Origin: Yuukianura sp. NJ FZ-2021
Taxonomy: Eukaryota
NCBI GenBank assembly: GCA_046563655.1
Contig: JAJCTO010000011.1
Location: 1-64,000 of the forward strand
DNA: 64,000 nucleotides
Reading direction: 5' to 3'
The first letter of the stretch is position 1; every line of letters begins with the position of its first letter. Shown here in pieces: positions 1 to 12,300 of this stretch. The position numbers and the translations under genes were made by a program. The notes beneath the pieces were generated by a model. The model was not told where the DNA came from, did not search any database, and saw only the letters and a program-made list of their open reading frames with translations.

Positions 1-30
1 CGATGCCGGGTGAAAATGAGTAACTTTTCT

Positions 31-266
31 GAAATCCTCCTGAAAAGTACTACAGGAACCCAAGTTTAATTGGCGTGGATAGATCGCAATTAAATCTGGT
101 TAGAGCGTACTTAAAAGTCTGAATGAAACGCTCAACTTCGGATTTTATCTTGGGTTGGCATACGGCACCCAGGGCAATGTCGAGCACCATTTTGACACAA
201 AACGACTTAAATTTGTGAGAGTGAACATGCAAATGTGAGAATGAACAGAAAGTAAATTACATTTTT
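31..266 (+). repeat. Representative D monomer (236 bp)
   Basis: Junction followed by the D-specific body AAGTTTAATTGGCG...GAATGAACAGAAAG. About 83 copies in the window (81 minus-strand ORFs plus copies at about 5971 and 7675). Confidence 0.95.
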
Positions 267-421
267 GAAATCCTCATAAAAAGTGCTACAGGAACCCACT
301 TTCACTTGCTGTGTCGTCCATCATCTTGTTACCTTTATTTATGAAAATTCATGTTTCAAAACAAAAAATTCAAAAGAAATGCATTCCGGAACGATGCTGG
401 GTAAAAGTCAACTATATTTTT
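267..421 (+). repeat. Representative A monomer (155 bp)
   Basis: Diagnostic CCATCATCTTGTTACC and AAATGCATTCCGGAACGATGCTGGG. This monomer's copy number varies from 0 to 8 per unit. Confidence 0.95.
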
Positions 422-574
422 GGAATCCTCATAAAAAGTGCTACAGGAACCCACGTTCATTTGCTGTGTCGTCCCTCATCTCGTGACCCTTTTCTTATGA
501 AAATTTGTTTCAAAACAAGTCAATCGAAAAACCTCCACGAGGAGCGATGACGGGCGAAAATGAGTTACTTTTTT
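422..574 (+). repeat. Representative B monomer (153 bp)
   Basis: Diagnostic CCCTCATCTCGTGACCC and CAATCGAAAAACCTCCACG; aligns along its length with A. Confidence 0.93.
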
Positions 575-728
575 GAAATCCTCCTGAAAAGTACTACAGG
601 TACCCACGTTCAGTTGCTGTGTCGTCCCTCATCTCGTGACCCTTTATTTATGAAAATTTGTGTCGAAACAAATCATTCAAAGAAACCTCCACGCGGTGCG
701 ATGCCGGGTGAAAATGAGTAACTTTTCT
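575..728 (+). repeat. Representative C monomer (154 bp), a B-like variant
   Basis: Diagnostic TGTGTCGAAACAAATCATTCAAAGAAACC and GGGTGAAAATGAGTAAC. Last clear copy seen near 26200-26350. Confidence 0.92.
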
Positions 729-3292
729 GAAATCCTCCTGAAAAGTACTACAGGAACCCAAGTTTAATTGGCGTGGATAGATCGCAATTTAATCTGGTTA
801 GAGCGTACTTAAAAGTCTGAATGAAACGCTCAACTTCGGATTTTATCTCGGGTTGGAATACGGCACCCAGGGCAATGTCGAGCACCATTTTGACACAAAA
901 CGACTTAAATTTGTGAGAGTAAACATGCAAATGTGAGAATGAACAGAAAGTAAATTTCATTTTTGAAATCCTCATAAAAAGTGCTACAGGAACCCACTTT
1001 CACTTGCTGTGTCGTCCATCATCTTGTTATCTTTATTTGTGAAAATTCATGTTTCAAAACAAAGAATTCAAAAGAAATGCATTCCGGAACGATGCTGGGT
1101 AAAAGTCAACTATATTTTTGGAATCCTCATAAAAAGTGCTACAGGAACCCACGTTCATTTGCTGTGTCGTCCCTCATCTCGTGACCCTTTTCTTATGAAA
1201 ATTTGTTTCAAAACAAGTCAATCGAAAAACCTCCACGAGGAGCGATGACGGGCGAAAATGAGTTACTTTTTTGAAATCCTCCTGAAAAGTACTACAGGTA
1301 CCCACGTTCAGTTGCTGTGTCGTCCCTCATCTCGTGACCCTTTATTTATGAAAATTTGTGTCGAAACAAATCATTCAAAGAAACCTCCACGCGGAGCGAT
1401 GCCGGGTGAAAATGAGTAACTTTTCTGAAATCCTCCTGAAAAGTACTACAGGAACCCAAGTTTAATTGGCGTGGATAGATCGCAATTAAATCTGGTTAGA
1501 GCGTACTTAAAAGTCTGAATGAAACGCTCAACTTCGGATTTTATCTTGGGTTGGCATACGGCACCCAGGGCAATGTCGAGCACCATTTTGACACAAAACG
1601 ACTTAAATTTGTGAGAGTGAACATGCAAATGTGAGAATGAACAGAAAGTAAATTACATTTTTGAAATCCTCATAAAAAGTGCTACAGGAACCCACTTTCA
1701 CTTGCTGTGTCGTCCATCATCTTGTTACCTTTATTTATGAAAATTCATGTTTCAAAACAAAAAATTCAAAAGAAATGCATTCCGGAACGATGCTGGGTAA
1801 AAGTCAACTATATTATTGAAATCCTCATAAAAAGTGCTACAGAAACCCACTTTCACTTGCTGTGTCGTCCATCATCTTGTTACCTTTATTTATGAAAATT
1901 CATGTTTCAAAACAAAGAATTCAAAAGAAATGCATTCCGGAACGATGCTGGGTAAAAGTCATATATATTTTTGGAATCCTCATAAAAAGTGCTACAGGAA
2001 CCCACGTTCAGTTGCTGTGTCGTCCCTCATCTCGTGACCCTTTTTTTATGAAAATTTGTTTCAAAACAAAGAATTCAAAAGAAATGCATTCCGGAACGAT
2101 GCTGGGTAAAAGCCATTTATATTTTTGGAATCCTCATAAAAAGTGCTACAGGAACCCACGTTCAGTTGCTGTGTCGTCCCTCATCTCGTGACCCTTTTTT
2201 ATGAAAATTTGTTTCAAAACAAATCAATCGAAAAACCTCCACGCGGAGCGATGCCGGGCGAAAATGAGTTACTTTTTTGAAATCCTCCTGAAAAGTACTA
2301 CAGGAACCCACGTTCATTTGCTGTGTCGTCCCTCATCTCGTGACCCTTTATTTATGAAAATTTGTGTCGAAACAAATCATTCAAAGAAACCTCCACGCGG
2401 AGCGATGCCGGGTGAAAATGAGTAACTTTTCTGAAATCCTCCTGAAAAGTACTACAGGAACCCAAGTTTAATTGGCGTGGATAGATCGCAATTAAATCTG
2501 GTTAGAGCGTACTTAAAAGTCTGAATGAAACGCTCAACTTCGGATTTTATCTCGGGTTGGAATACGGCACCCAGGGCAATGTCGAGCACCATTTTGACAC
2601 AAAACGACTTAAATTTGTGAGAGTAAACATGCAAATGTGAGAATGAACAGAAAGTAAATTTCATTTTTGAAATCCTCATAAAAAGTGCTACAGGAACCCA
2701 CTTTCACTTGCTGTGTCGTCCATCATCTTGTTATCTTTATTTATGAAAATTCATGTTTCAAAAAAAAGAATTCAAAAGAAATGCATTCCGGAACGATGCT
2801 GGGTAAAAGTCAACTATATTTTTGGAATCCTCATAAAAAGTGCTACAGGAACCCACGTTCATTTGCTGTGTCGTCCCTCATCTCGTGACCCTTTTCTTAT
2901 GAAAATTTGTTTCAAAACAAGTCAATCGAAAAACCTCCACGAGGAGCGATGACGGGCGAAAATGAGTTACTTTTTTGAAATCCTCCTGAAAAGTACTACA
3001 GGTACCCACGTTCAGTTGCTGTGTCGTCCCTCATCTCGTGACCCTTTATTTATGAAAATTTGTGTCGAAACAAATCATTCAAAGAAACCTCCACGCGGAG
3101 CGATGCCGGGTGAAAATGAGTAACTTTTCTGAAATCCTCCTGAAAAGTACTACAGGAACCCAAGTTTAATTGGCGTGGATAGATCGCAATTAAATCTGGT
3201 TAGAGCGTACTTAAAAGTCTGAATGAAACGCTCAACTTCGGATTTTATCTTGGGTTGGCATACGGCACCCAGGGCAATGTCGAGCACCATTT

Positions 3293-3354
3293 TGACACAA
3301 AACGACTTAAATTTGTGAGAGTGTGACACAAAACGACTTAAATTTGTGAGAGTG
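3293..3354 (+). repeat. 31 bp tandem duplication inside one D monomer
   Basis: TGACACAAAACGACTTAAATTTGTGAGAGTG occurs twice, at 3293-3323 and 3324-3354. Confidence 0.93.
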
Positions 3355-6300
3355 AACATGCAAATGTGAGAATGAACAGAAAGTAAATTACATTTTTGAA
3401 ATCCTCATAAAAAGTGCTACAGGAACCCACTTTCACTTGCTGTGTCGTCCATCATCTTGTTACCTTTATTTATGAAAATTCATGTTTCAAAACAAAGAAT
3501 TCAAAAGAAATGCATTCCGGAACGATGCTGGGTAAAAGTCATTTATATTTTTGGAATCCTCATAAAAAGTGCTACAGGAACCCACGTTCAGTTGCTGTGT
3601 CGTCCCTCATCTCGTGACCCTTTTTTTATGAAAATTTGTTTCAAAACAAAGAATTCAAAAGAAATGCATTCCGGAACGATGCTGGGTAAAAGCCATTTAT
3701 ATTTTTGGAATCCTCATAAAAAGTGCTACAGGAACCCACGTTCAGTTGCTGTGTCGTCCCTCATCTCGTGACCCTTTTTTATGAAAATTTGTTTCAAAAC
3801 AAATCAATCGAAAAACCTCCACGCGGAGCGATGCCGGGCGAAAATGAGTTACTTTTTTGAAATCCTCCTGAAAAGTACTACAGGAACCCACGTTCATTTG
3901 CTGTGTCGTCCCTCATCTCGTGACCCTTTATTTATGAAAATTTGTGTCGAAACAAATCATTCAAAGAAACCTCCACGCGGAGCGATGCCGGGTGAAAATG
4001 AGTAACTTTTCTGAAATCCTCCTGAAAAGTACTACAGGAACCCAAGTTTAATTGGCGTGGATAGATCGCAATTAAATCTGGTTAGAGCGTGCTTAAAAGT
4101 CTGAATGAACCGCTCAAAAACGGATTTTATCTCGGGTTGGAATACGGCACCCAGGGCAATGTCGAGCACCATTTTGACACAAAACGACTTAAATTTGTGA
4201 GAGTGAACATGCAAATGTGAAAATGAACAGAAAGTAAATTACATTTTTGAAATCCTCATAAAAAGTGCTACAGGAACCCACTTTCACTTGCTGTGTCGTC
4301 CATCATCTTGTTACCTTTATTTATGAAAATCCATGTTTCAAAACAAAGAATTCAAAAGAAATGCATTCCGGAACGATGCTGGGTAAAAGTCAACTATAGT
4401 TTTGGAATCCTCATAAAAAGTGCTACAGGAACCCACGTTCATTTGCTGTGTCGTCCCTCATCTCGTGACCCTTTATTTATGAAAATTTGTGTCGAAACAA
4501 ATCATTCAAAAAAACCTCCACGCGTAGCGATGCCGGGTGAAAATGAGTAACTTTTCTGAAATCCTCCTGAAAAGTACTACAGGAACCCAAGTTTAATTGG
4601 CGTGGATAGATCGCAATTAAATCTGGTTAGAGCGTACTTAAAAGTCTGAATGAAACGCTCAACTTCGGATTTTATCTCGGGTTGGAATACGGCACCCAGG
4701 GCAATGTCGAGCACCATTTTGACACAAAACGACTTAAATTTGTGAGAGTAAACATGCAAATGTGAGAATGAACAGAAAGTAAATTTCATTTTTGAAATCC
4801 TCATAAAAAGTGCTACAGGAACCCGCTTTCACTTGCTGTGTCGTCCATCATCTTGTTACCTTTATTTATGAAAATTCATGTTTCAAAACAAAGAATTCAA
4901 AAGAAATGCATTCCGGAACGATGCTGGGTAAAAGTCAACTATATTATTGAAATCCTCATAAAAAGTGCTACAGAAACCCACTTTCACTTGCTGTGTCGTC
5001 CATCATCTTGTTACTTTATTTATAAAAATTCATGTTTCAAAACAAAGAATTCAAAAGAAATGCATTCCGGAACGATGCTGGGTAAAAGTCATTTATATTT
5101 TTGGAATCCTCATAAAAAGTGCTACAGGAACCCACGTTCAGTTGCTGTGTCGTCCCTCATCTCGTGACCCTTTTTTTATGAAAATTTGTTTCAAAACAAA
5201 GAATTCAAAAGAAATGCATTCCGGAACGATGCTGGGTAAAAGCCATTTATATTTTTGGAATCCTCATAAAAAGTGCTACAGGAACCCACGTTCAGTTGCT
5301 GTGTCGTCCCTCATCTCGTGACCCTTTTTTATGAAAATTTGTTTCAAAACAAATCAATCGAAAAACCTCCACGCGGAGCGATGCCGGGCGAAAATGAGTT
5401 ACTTTTTTGAAATCCTCCTGAAAAGTACTACAGGAACCCACGTTCATTTGCTGTGTCGTCCCTCATCTCGTGACCCTTTATTTATGAAAATTTGTGTCGA
5501 AACAAATCATTCAAAGAAACCTCCACGCGGAGCGATGCCGGGTGAAAATGAGTAACTTTTCTGAAATCCTCCTGAAAAGTACTACAGGAACCCAAGTTTA
5601 ATTGGCGTGGATAGATCGCAATTAAATCTGGTTAGAGCGTACTTAAAAGTCTGAATGAAACGCTCAACTTCGGATTTTATCTCGGGTTGGAATACGGCAC
5701 CCAGGGCAATGTCGAGCACCATTTTGACACAAAACGACTTAAATTTGTGAGAGTAAACATGCAAATGTGAGAATGAACAGAAAGTAAATTTCATTTTTGA
5801 AATCCTCATAAAAAGTGCTACAGGAACCCACGTTCAGTTGCTGTGTCGTCCCTCATCTCGTGACCCTTTTTTTATGAAAATTTGTTTCAAAACGAATCAA
5901 TCGAAAAACCTCCACGCGGAGCGATGCCGGGCGAAAATGAGTTACTTTTCTGAAATCCTGCTGAAAAGTACTACAGGAACCAAAGTTTAATTGGCGTGGA
6001 TATATTGCAATTAAATCTGGTTAGAGCGTACTTAAAAGTCTGAATGAAACGCTCAACTTCGGATTTTATCTCGGGTTGGAATACGGCACCCAGGGCAATG
6101 TCGAGCACCATTTTGACACAAAACGACTTAAATTTGTGAGAGTGAACATGAAAATGTGAGAATGAACAGAAAGTAAATTACAGTTTTGAAATCCTCATAA
6201 AAAGTGCTACAGGAACCCACTTTCACTTGCTGTGTCGTCCATCATCTTGTTACCTTTATTTATGAAAATTCATGTTTCAAAACAAAAAATTCAAAAGAAA

Positions 6301-9300
6301 TGCATTCCGGAACGATGCTGGGTAAAAGTCAACTATATTATTGAAATCCTCATAAAAAGTGCTACAGGAACCCACTTTCACTTGCTGTGTCGTCCATCAT
6401 CTTGTTACCTTTATTTATGAAAATTCATGTTTCAAAACAAAGAATTCAAAAGAAATGCATTCCGGAACGATGCTGGGTAAAAGTCATTTATATTTTTGGA
6501 ATCCTCATAAAAAGTGCTACAGGAACCCACGTTCAGTTGCTGTGTCGTCCCTCATCTCGTGACCCTTTTTTTATGAAAATTTGTTTCAAAACAAAGAATT
6601 CAAAAGAAATGCATTCCGGAACGATGCTGGGTAAAAGCCATTTATATTTTTGGAATCCTCATAAAAAGTGCTACAGGAACCCACGTTCAGTTGCTGTGTC
6701 GTCCCTCATCTCGTGACCCTTTTTTATGAAAATTTGTTTCAAAACAAATCAATCGAAAAACCTCCACGCGGAGCGATGCCGGGCGAAAATGAGTTACTTT
6801 TTTGAAATCCTCCTGAAAAGTACTACAGGAACCCACGTTCATTTGCTGTGTCGTCCCTCATCTCGTGACCCTTTATTTATGAAAATTTGTGTCGAAACAA
6901 ATCATTCAAAGAAACCTCCACGCGGAGCGATGCCGGGTGAAAATGAGTAACTTTTCTGAAATCCTCCTGAAAAGTACTACAGGAACCCAAGTTTAATTGG
7001 CGTGGATAGATCGCAATTAAATCTGGTTAGAGCGTACTTAAAAGTCTGAATGAAACGCTCAACTTCGGATTTTATCTCGGGTTGGAATACGGCACCCAGG
7101 GCAATGTCGAGCACCATTTTGACACAAAACGACTTAAATTTGTGAGAGTAAACATGCAAATGTGAGAATGAACAGAAAGTAAATTTCATTTTTGAAATCC
7201 TCATAAAAAGTGCTACAGGAACCCACTTTCACTTGCTGTGTCGTCCATCATCTTGTTACCTTTATTTATGAAAATTCATGTTTCAAAACAAAGAATTCAA
7301 AAGAAATGCATTCCGGAACGATGCTGGGTAAAAGTCAACTATATTTTTGGAATCCTCATAAAAAGTGCTACAGGAACCCACGTTCATTTGCTGTGTCGTC
7401 CCTCATCTCGTGACCCTTTTCTTATGAAAATTTGTTTCAAAACAAGTCAATCGAAAAACCTCCACGAGGAGCGATGACGGGCGAAAATGAGTTACTTTTT
7501 TGAAATCCTCCTGAAAAGTACTACAGGTACCCACGTTCAGTTGCTGTGTCGTCCCTCATCTCGTGACCCTTTATTTATGAAAATTTGTGTCGAAACAAAT
7601 CATTCAAAGAAACCTCCACGCGGAGCGATGCCGGGTGAAAATGAGTAACTTTTCTGAAATCCTCCTGAAAAGTACTACAGGAACCAAAGTTTAATTGGCG
7701 TGGATATATTGCAATTAAATCTGGTTAGAGCGTACTTAAAAGTCTGAATGAAACGCTCAACTTCGGATTTTATCTCGGGTTGGAATACGGCACCCAGGGC
7801 AATGTCGAGCACCATTTTGACACAAAACGACTTAAATTTGTGAGAGTGAACATGAAAATGTGAGAATGAACAGAAAGTAAATTACAGTTTTGAAATCCTC
7901 ATAAAAAGTGCTACAGGAACCCACTTTCACTTGCTGTGTCGTCCATCATCTTGTTACCTTTATTTATGAAAATTCATGTTTCAAAACAAAAAATTCAAAA
8001 GAAATGCATTCCGGAACGATGCTGGGTAAAAGTCAACTATATTATTGAAATCCTCATAAAAAGTGCTACAGAAACCCACTTTCACTTGCTGTGTCGTCCA
8101 TCATCTTGTTACCTTTATTTATGAAAATTCATGTTTCAAAACAAAGAATTCAAAAGAAATGCATTCCGGAACGATGCTGGGTAAAAGTCATTTATATTTT
8201 TGGAATCCTCATAAAAAGTGCTACAGGAACCCACGTTCAGTTGCTGTGTCGTCCCTCATCTCGTGACCCTTTTTTTATGAAAATTTGTTTCAAAACAAAG
8301 AATTCAAAAGAAATGCATTCCGGAACGATGCTGGGTAAAAGCCATTTATATTTTTGGAATCCTCATAAAAAGTGCTACAGGAACCCACGTTCAGTTGCTG
8401 TGTCGTCCCTCATCTCGTGACCCTTTTTTATGAAAATTTGTTTCAAAACAAATCAATCGAAAAACCTCCACGCGGAGCGATGCCGGGCGAAAATGAGTTA
8501 CTTTTTTGAAATCCTCCTGAAAAGTACTACAGGAACCCACGTTCATTTGCTGTGTCGTCCCTCATCTCGTGACCCTTTATTTATGAAAATTTGTGTCGAA
8601 ACAAATCATTCAAAGAAACCTCCACGCGGAGCGATGCCGGGTGAAAATGAGTAACTTTTCTGAAATCCTCCTGAAAAGTACTACAGGAACCCAAGTTTAA
8701 TTGGCGTGGATAGATCGCAATTAAATCTGGTTAGAGCGTACTTAAAAGTCTGAATGAAACGCTCAACTTCGGATTTTATCTCGGGTTGGAATACGGCACC
8801 CAGGGCAATGTCGAGCACCATTTTGACACAAAACGACTTAAATTTGTGAGAGTAAACATGCAAATGTGAGAATGAACAGAAAGTAAATTTCATTTTTGAA
8901 ATCCTCATAAAAAGTGCTACAGGAACCCACTTTCACTTGCTGTGTCGTCCATCATCTTGTTACCTTTATTTATGAAAATTCATGTTTCAAAACAAAGAAT
9001 TCAAAAGAAATGCATTCCGGAACGATGCTGGGTAAAAGTCAACTATATTTTTGGAATCCTCATAAAAAGTGCTACAGGAACCCACGTTCATTTGCTGTGT
9101 CGTCCCTCATCTCGTGACCCTTTTCTTATGAAAATTTGTTTCAAAACAAGTCAATCGAAAAACCTCCACGAGGAGCGATGACGGGCGAAAATGAGTTACT
9201 TTTTTGAAATCCTCCTGAAAAGTACTACAGGTACCCACGTTCAGTTGCTGTGTCGTCCCTCATCTCGTGACCCTTTATTTATGAAAATTTGTGTCGAAAC

Positions 9301-12300
9301 AAATCATTCAAAGAAACCTCCACGCGGAGCGATGCCGGGTGAAAATGAGTAACTTTTCTGAAATCCTCCTGAAAAGTACTACAGGAACCCAAGTTTAATT
9401 GGCGTGGATAGATCGCAATTAAATCTGGTTAGAGCGTACTTAAAAGTCTGAATGAAACGCTCAACTTCGGATTTTATCTCGGGTTGGAATACGGCACCCA
9501 GGGCAATGTCGAGCACCATTTTGACACAAAACGACTTAAATTTGTGAGAGTAAACATGCAAATGTGAGAATGAACAGAAAGTAAATTTCATTTTTGAAAT
9601 CCTCATAAAAAGTGCTACAGGAACCCACTTTCACTTGCTGTGTCGTCCATCATCTTGTTACCTTTATTTATGAAAATTCATGTTTCAAAACAAAGAATTC
9701 AAAAGAAATGCATTCCGGAACGATGCTGGGTAAAAGTCAACTATATTATTGGAATCCTCATAAAAAGTGCTACAGGAACCCACGTTCATTTGCTGTGTCG
9801 TCCCTCATCTCGTGACCCTTTTCTTATGAAAATTTGTTTCAAAACAAGTCAATCGAAAAACCTCCACGAGGAGCGATGACGGTCGAAAATGAGTTACTTT
9901 TTTGAAATCCTCCTGAAAGGTACTACAGGTACCCACGTTCAGTTGCTGTGTCGTCCCTCATCTCGTGACCCTTTATTTATGAAAATTTGTGTCGAAACAA
10001 ATCATTCAAAGAAACCTCCACGCGGAGCGATGCCGGGTGAAAATGAGTAACTTTTCTGAAATCCTCCTGAAAAGTACTACAGGAACCCAAGTTTAATTGG
10101 CGTGGATAGATCGCAATTAAATCTGGTTAGAGCGTACTTAAAAGTCTGAATGAAACGCTCAACTTCGGATTTTATCTCGGGTTGGAATACGGCACCCAGG
10201 GCAATGTCGAGCACCATTTTGACACAAAACGACTTAAATTTGTGAGAGTAAACATGCAAATGTGAGAATGAACAGAAAGTAAATTTCATTTTTGAAATCC
10301 TCATAAAAAGTGCTACAGGAACCCACTGTCACTTGCTGTGTCGTCCATCATCTTGTTACCTTTATTTATGAAAATTCATGTTTCAAAACAAAGAATTCAA
10401 AAGAAATGCATTCCGGAACGATGCTGGGTAAAAGTCAACTATATTATTGAAATCCTCATAAAAAGTGCTACAGGAACCCACTTTCACTTGCTGTGTCGTC
10501 CATCATCTTGTTACCTTTATTTATGAAAATTCATGTTTCAAAACAAAAAATTCAAAAGAAATGCATTCCGGAACGATGCTGGGTAAAAGTCAACTATATT
10601 TTTGGAATCCTCATAAAAAGTGCTACAGGAACCCACGTTCATTTGCTGTGTCGTCCCTCATCTCGTGACCCTTTTCTTATGAAAATTTGTTTCAAAACAA
10701 GTCAATCGAAAAACCTCCACGAGGAGCGATGACGGGCGAAAATGAGTTACTTTTTTGAAATCCTCCTGAAAAGTACTACAGGTACCCACGTTCAGTTGCT
10801 GTGTCGTCCCTCATCTCGTGACCCTTTATTTATGAAAATTTGTGTCGAAACAAATCATTCAAAGAAACCTCCACGCGGAGCGATGCCGGGTGAAAATGAG
10901 TAACTTTTCTGAAATCCTCCTGAAAAGTACTACAGGAACCCAAGTTTAATTGGCGTGGATAGATCGCAATTAAATCTGGTTAGAGCGTACTTAAAAGTCT
11001 GAATGAAACGCTCAACTTCGGATTTTATCTCGGGTTGGAATACGGCACCCAGGGCAATGTCGAGCACCATTTTGACACAAAACGACTTAAATTTGTGAGA
11101 GTAAACATGCAAATGTGAGAATGAACAGAAAGTAAATTTCATTTTTGAAATCCTCATAAAAAGTGCTACAGGAACCCACTGTCACTTGCTGTGTCGTCCA
11201 TCATCTTGTTACCTTTATTTATGAAAATTCATGTTTCAAAACAAAGAATTCAAAAGAAATGCATTCCGGAACGATGCTGGGTAAAAGTCAACTATATTAT
11301 TGAAATCCTCATAAAAAGTGCTACAGAAACCCACTTTCACTTGCTGTGTCGTCCATCATCTTGTTACTTTATTTATGAAAATTCATGTTTCAAAACAAAA
11401 AATTCAAAAGAAATGCATTCCGGAACGATGCTGGGTAAAAGTCAACTATATTTTTGGAATCCTCATAAAAAGTGCTACAGGAACCCACGTTCATTTGCTG
11501 TGTCGTCCCTCATCTCGTGACCCTTTTCTTATGAAAATTTGTTTCAAAACAAGTCAATCGAAAAACCTCCACGAGGAGCGATGACGGGCGAAAATGAGTT
11601 ACTTTTTTGAAATCCTCCTGAAAAGTACTACAGGTACCCACGTTCAGTTGCTGTGTCGTCCCTCATCTCGTGACCCTTTATTTATGAAAATTTGTGTCGA
11701 AACAAATCATTCAAAGAAACCTCCACGCGGAGCGATGCCGGGTGAAAATGAGTAACTTTTCTGAAATCCTCCTGAAAAGTACTACAGGAACCCAAGTTTA
11801 ATTGGCGTGGATAGATCGCAATTAAATCTGGTTAGAGCGTACTTAAAAGTCTGAATGAAACGCTCAACTTCGGATTTTATCTCGGGTTGGAATACGGCAC
11901 CCAGGGCAATGTCGAGCACCATTTTGACACAAAACGACTTAAATTTGTGAGAGTAAACATGCAAATGTGAGAATGAACAGAAAGTAAATTTCATTTTTGA
12001 AATCCTCATAAAAAGTGCTACAGGAACCCACTGTCACTTGCTGTGTCGTCCATCATCTTGTTACCTTTATTTATGAAAATTCATGTTTCAAAACAAAGAA
12101 TTCAAAAGAAATGCATTCCGGAACGATGCTGGGTAAAAGTCAACTATATTATTGAAATCCTCATAAAAAGTGCTACAGGAACCCACTTTCACTTGCTGTG
12201 TCGTCCATCATCTTGTTACCTTTATTTATGAAAATTCATGTTTCAAAACAAAAAATTCAAAAGAAATGCATTCCGGAACGATGCTGGGTAAAAGTCAACT

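Larger units (their letters stand above)
31..728 (+). repeat. Basic 698 bp higher-order unit of the left domain, D(236)-A(155)-B(153)-C(154)
   Basis: Junction positions 31/267/422/575/729; D-linked ORF coordinates 50, 748 and 1446 are 698 apart. Confidence 0.95.

Noticed and set aside
103..133. Hammerhead-ribozyme-like arrangement in D (GAGCGTA...CTGAATGAAACGCTC), considered because some animal satellites are retrozymes
   Set aside because: The core is CTGAATGA rather than CTGANGA, stem II is absent, stem I register does not fit, and D variants change GAAA to GAAC. An Rfam hammerhead search would settle it.
405..452. Possible origin of the junction motif from a DNA-transposon/MITE subterminal sequence
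   Set aside because: No terminal inverted repeats, TSDs or orientation switches were seen in the array, so it cannot be supported without a Dfam/Repbase search.
31..760. CRISPR-like look of a ~30 bp conserved junction separated by variable sequence
   Set aside because: The intervening sequences are 120-205 bp, fall into only four recurring classes, and there are no cas genes; the context is eukaryotic.
835..852. CENP-B-box-like TTCG...CGGG in D
   Set aside because: TTCG and CGGG are 10 nt apart instead of the required 7 (TTCGnnnnAnnCGGG), and many copies read CGAG or TGGG.
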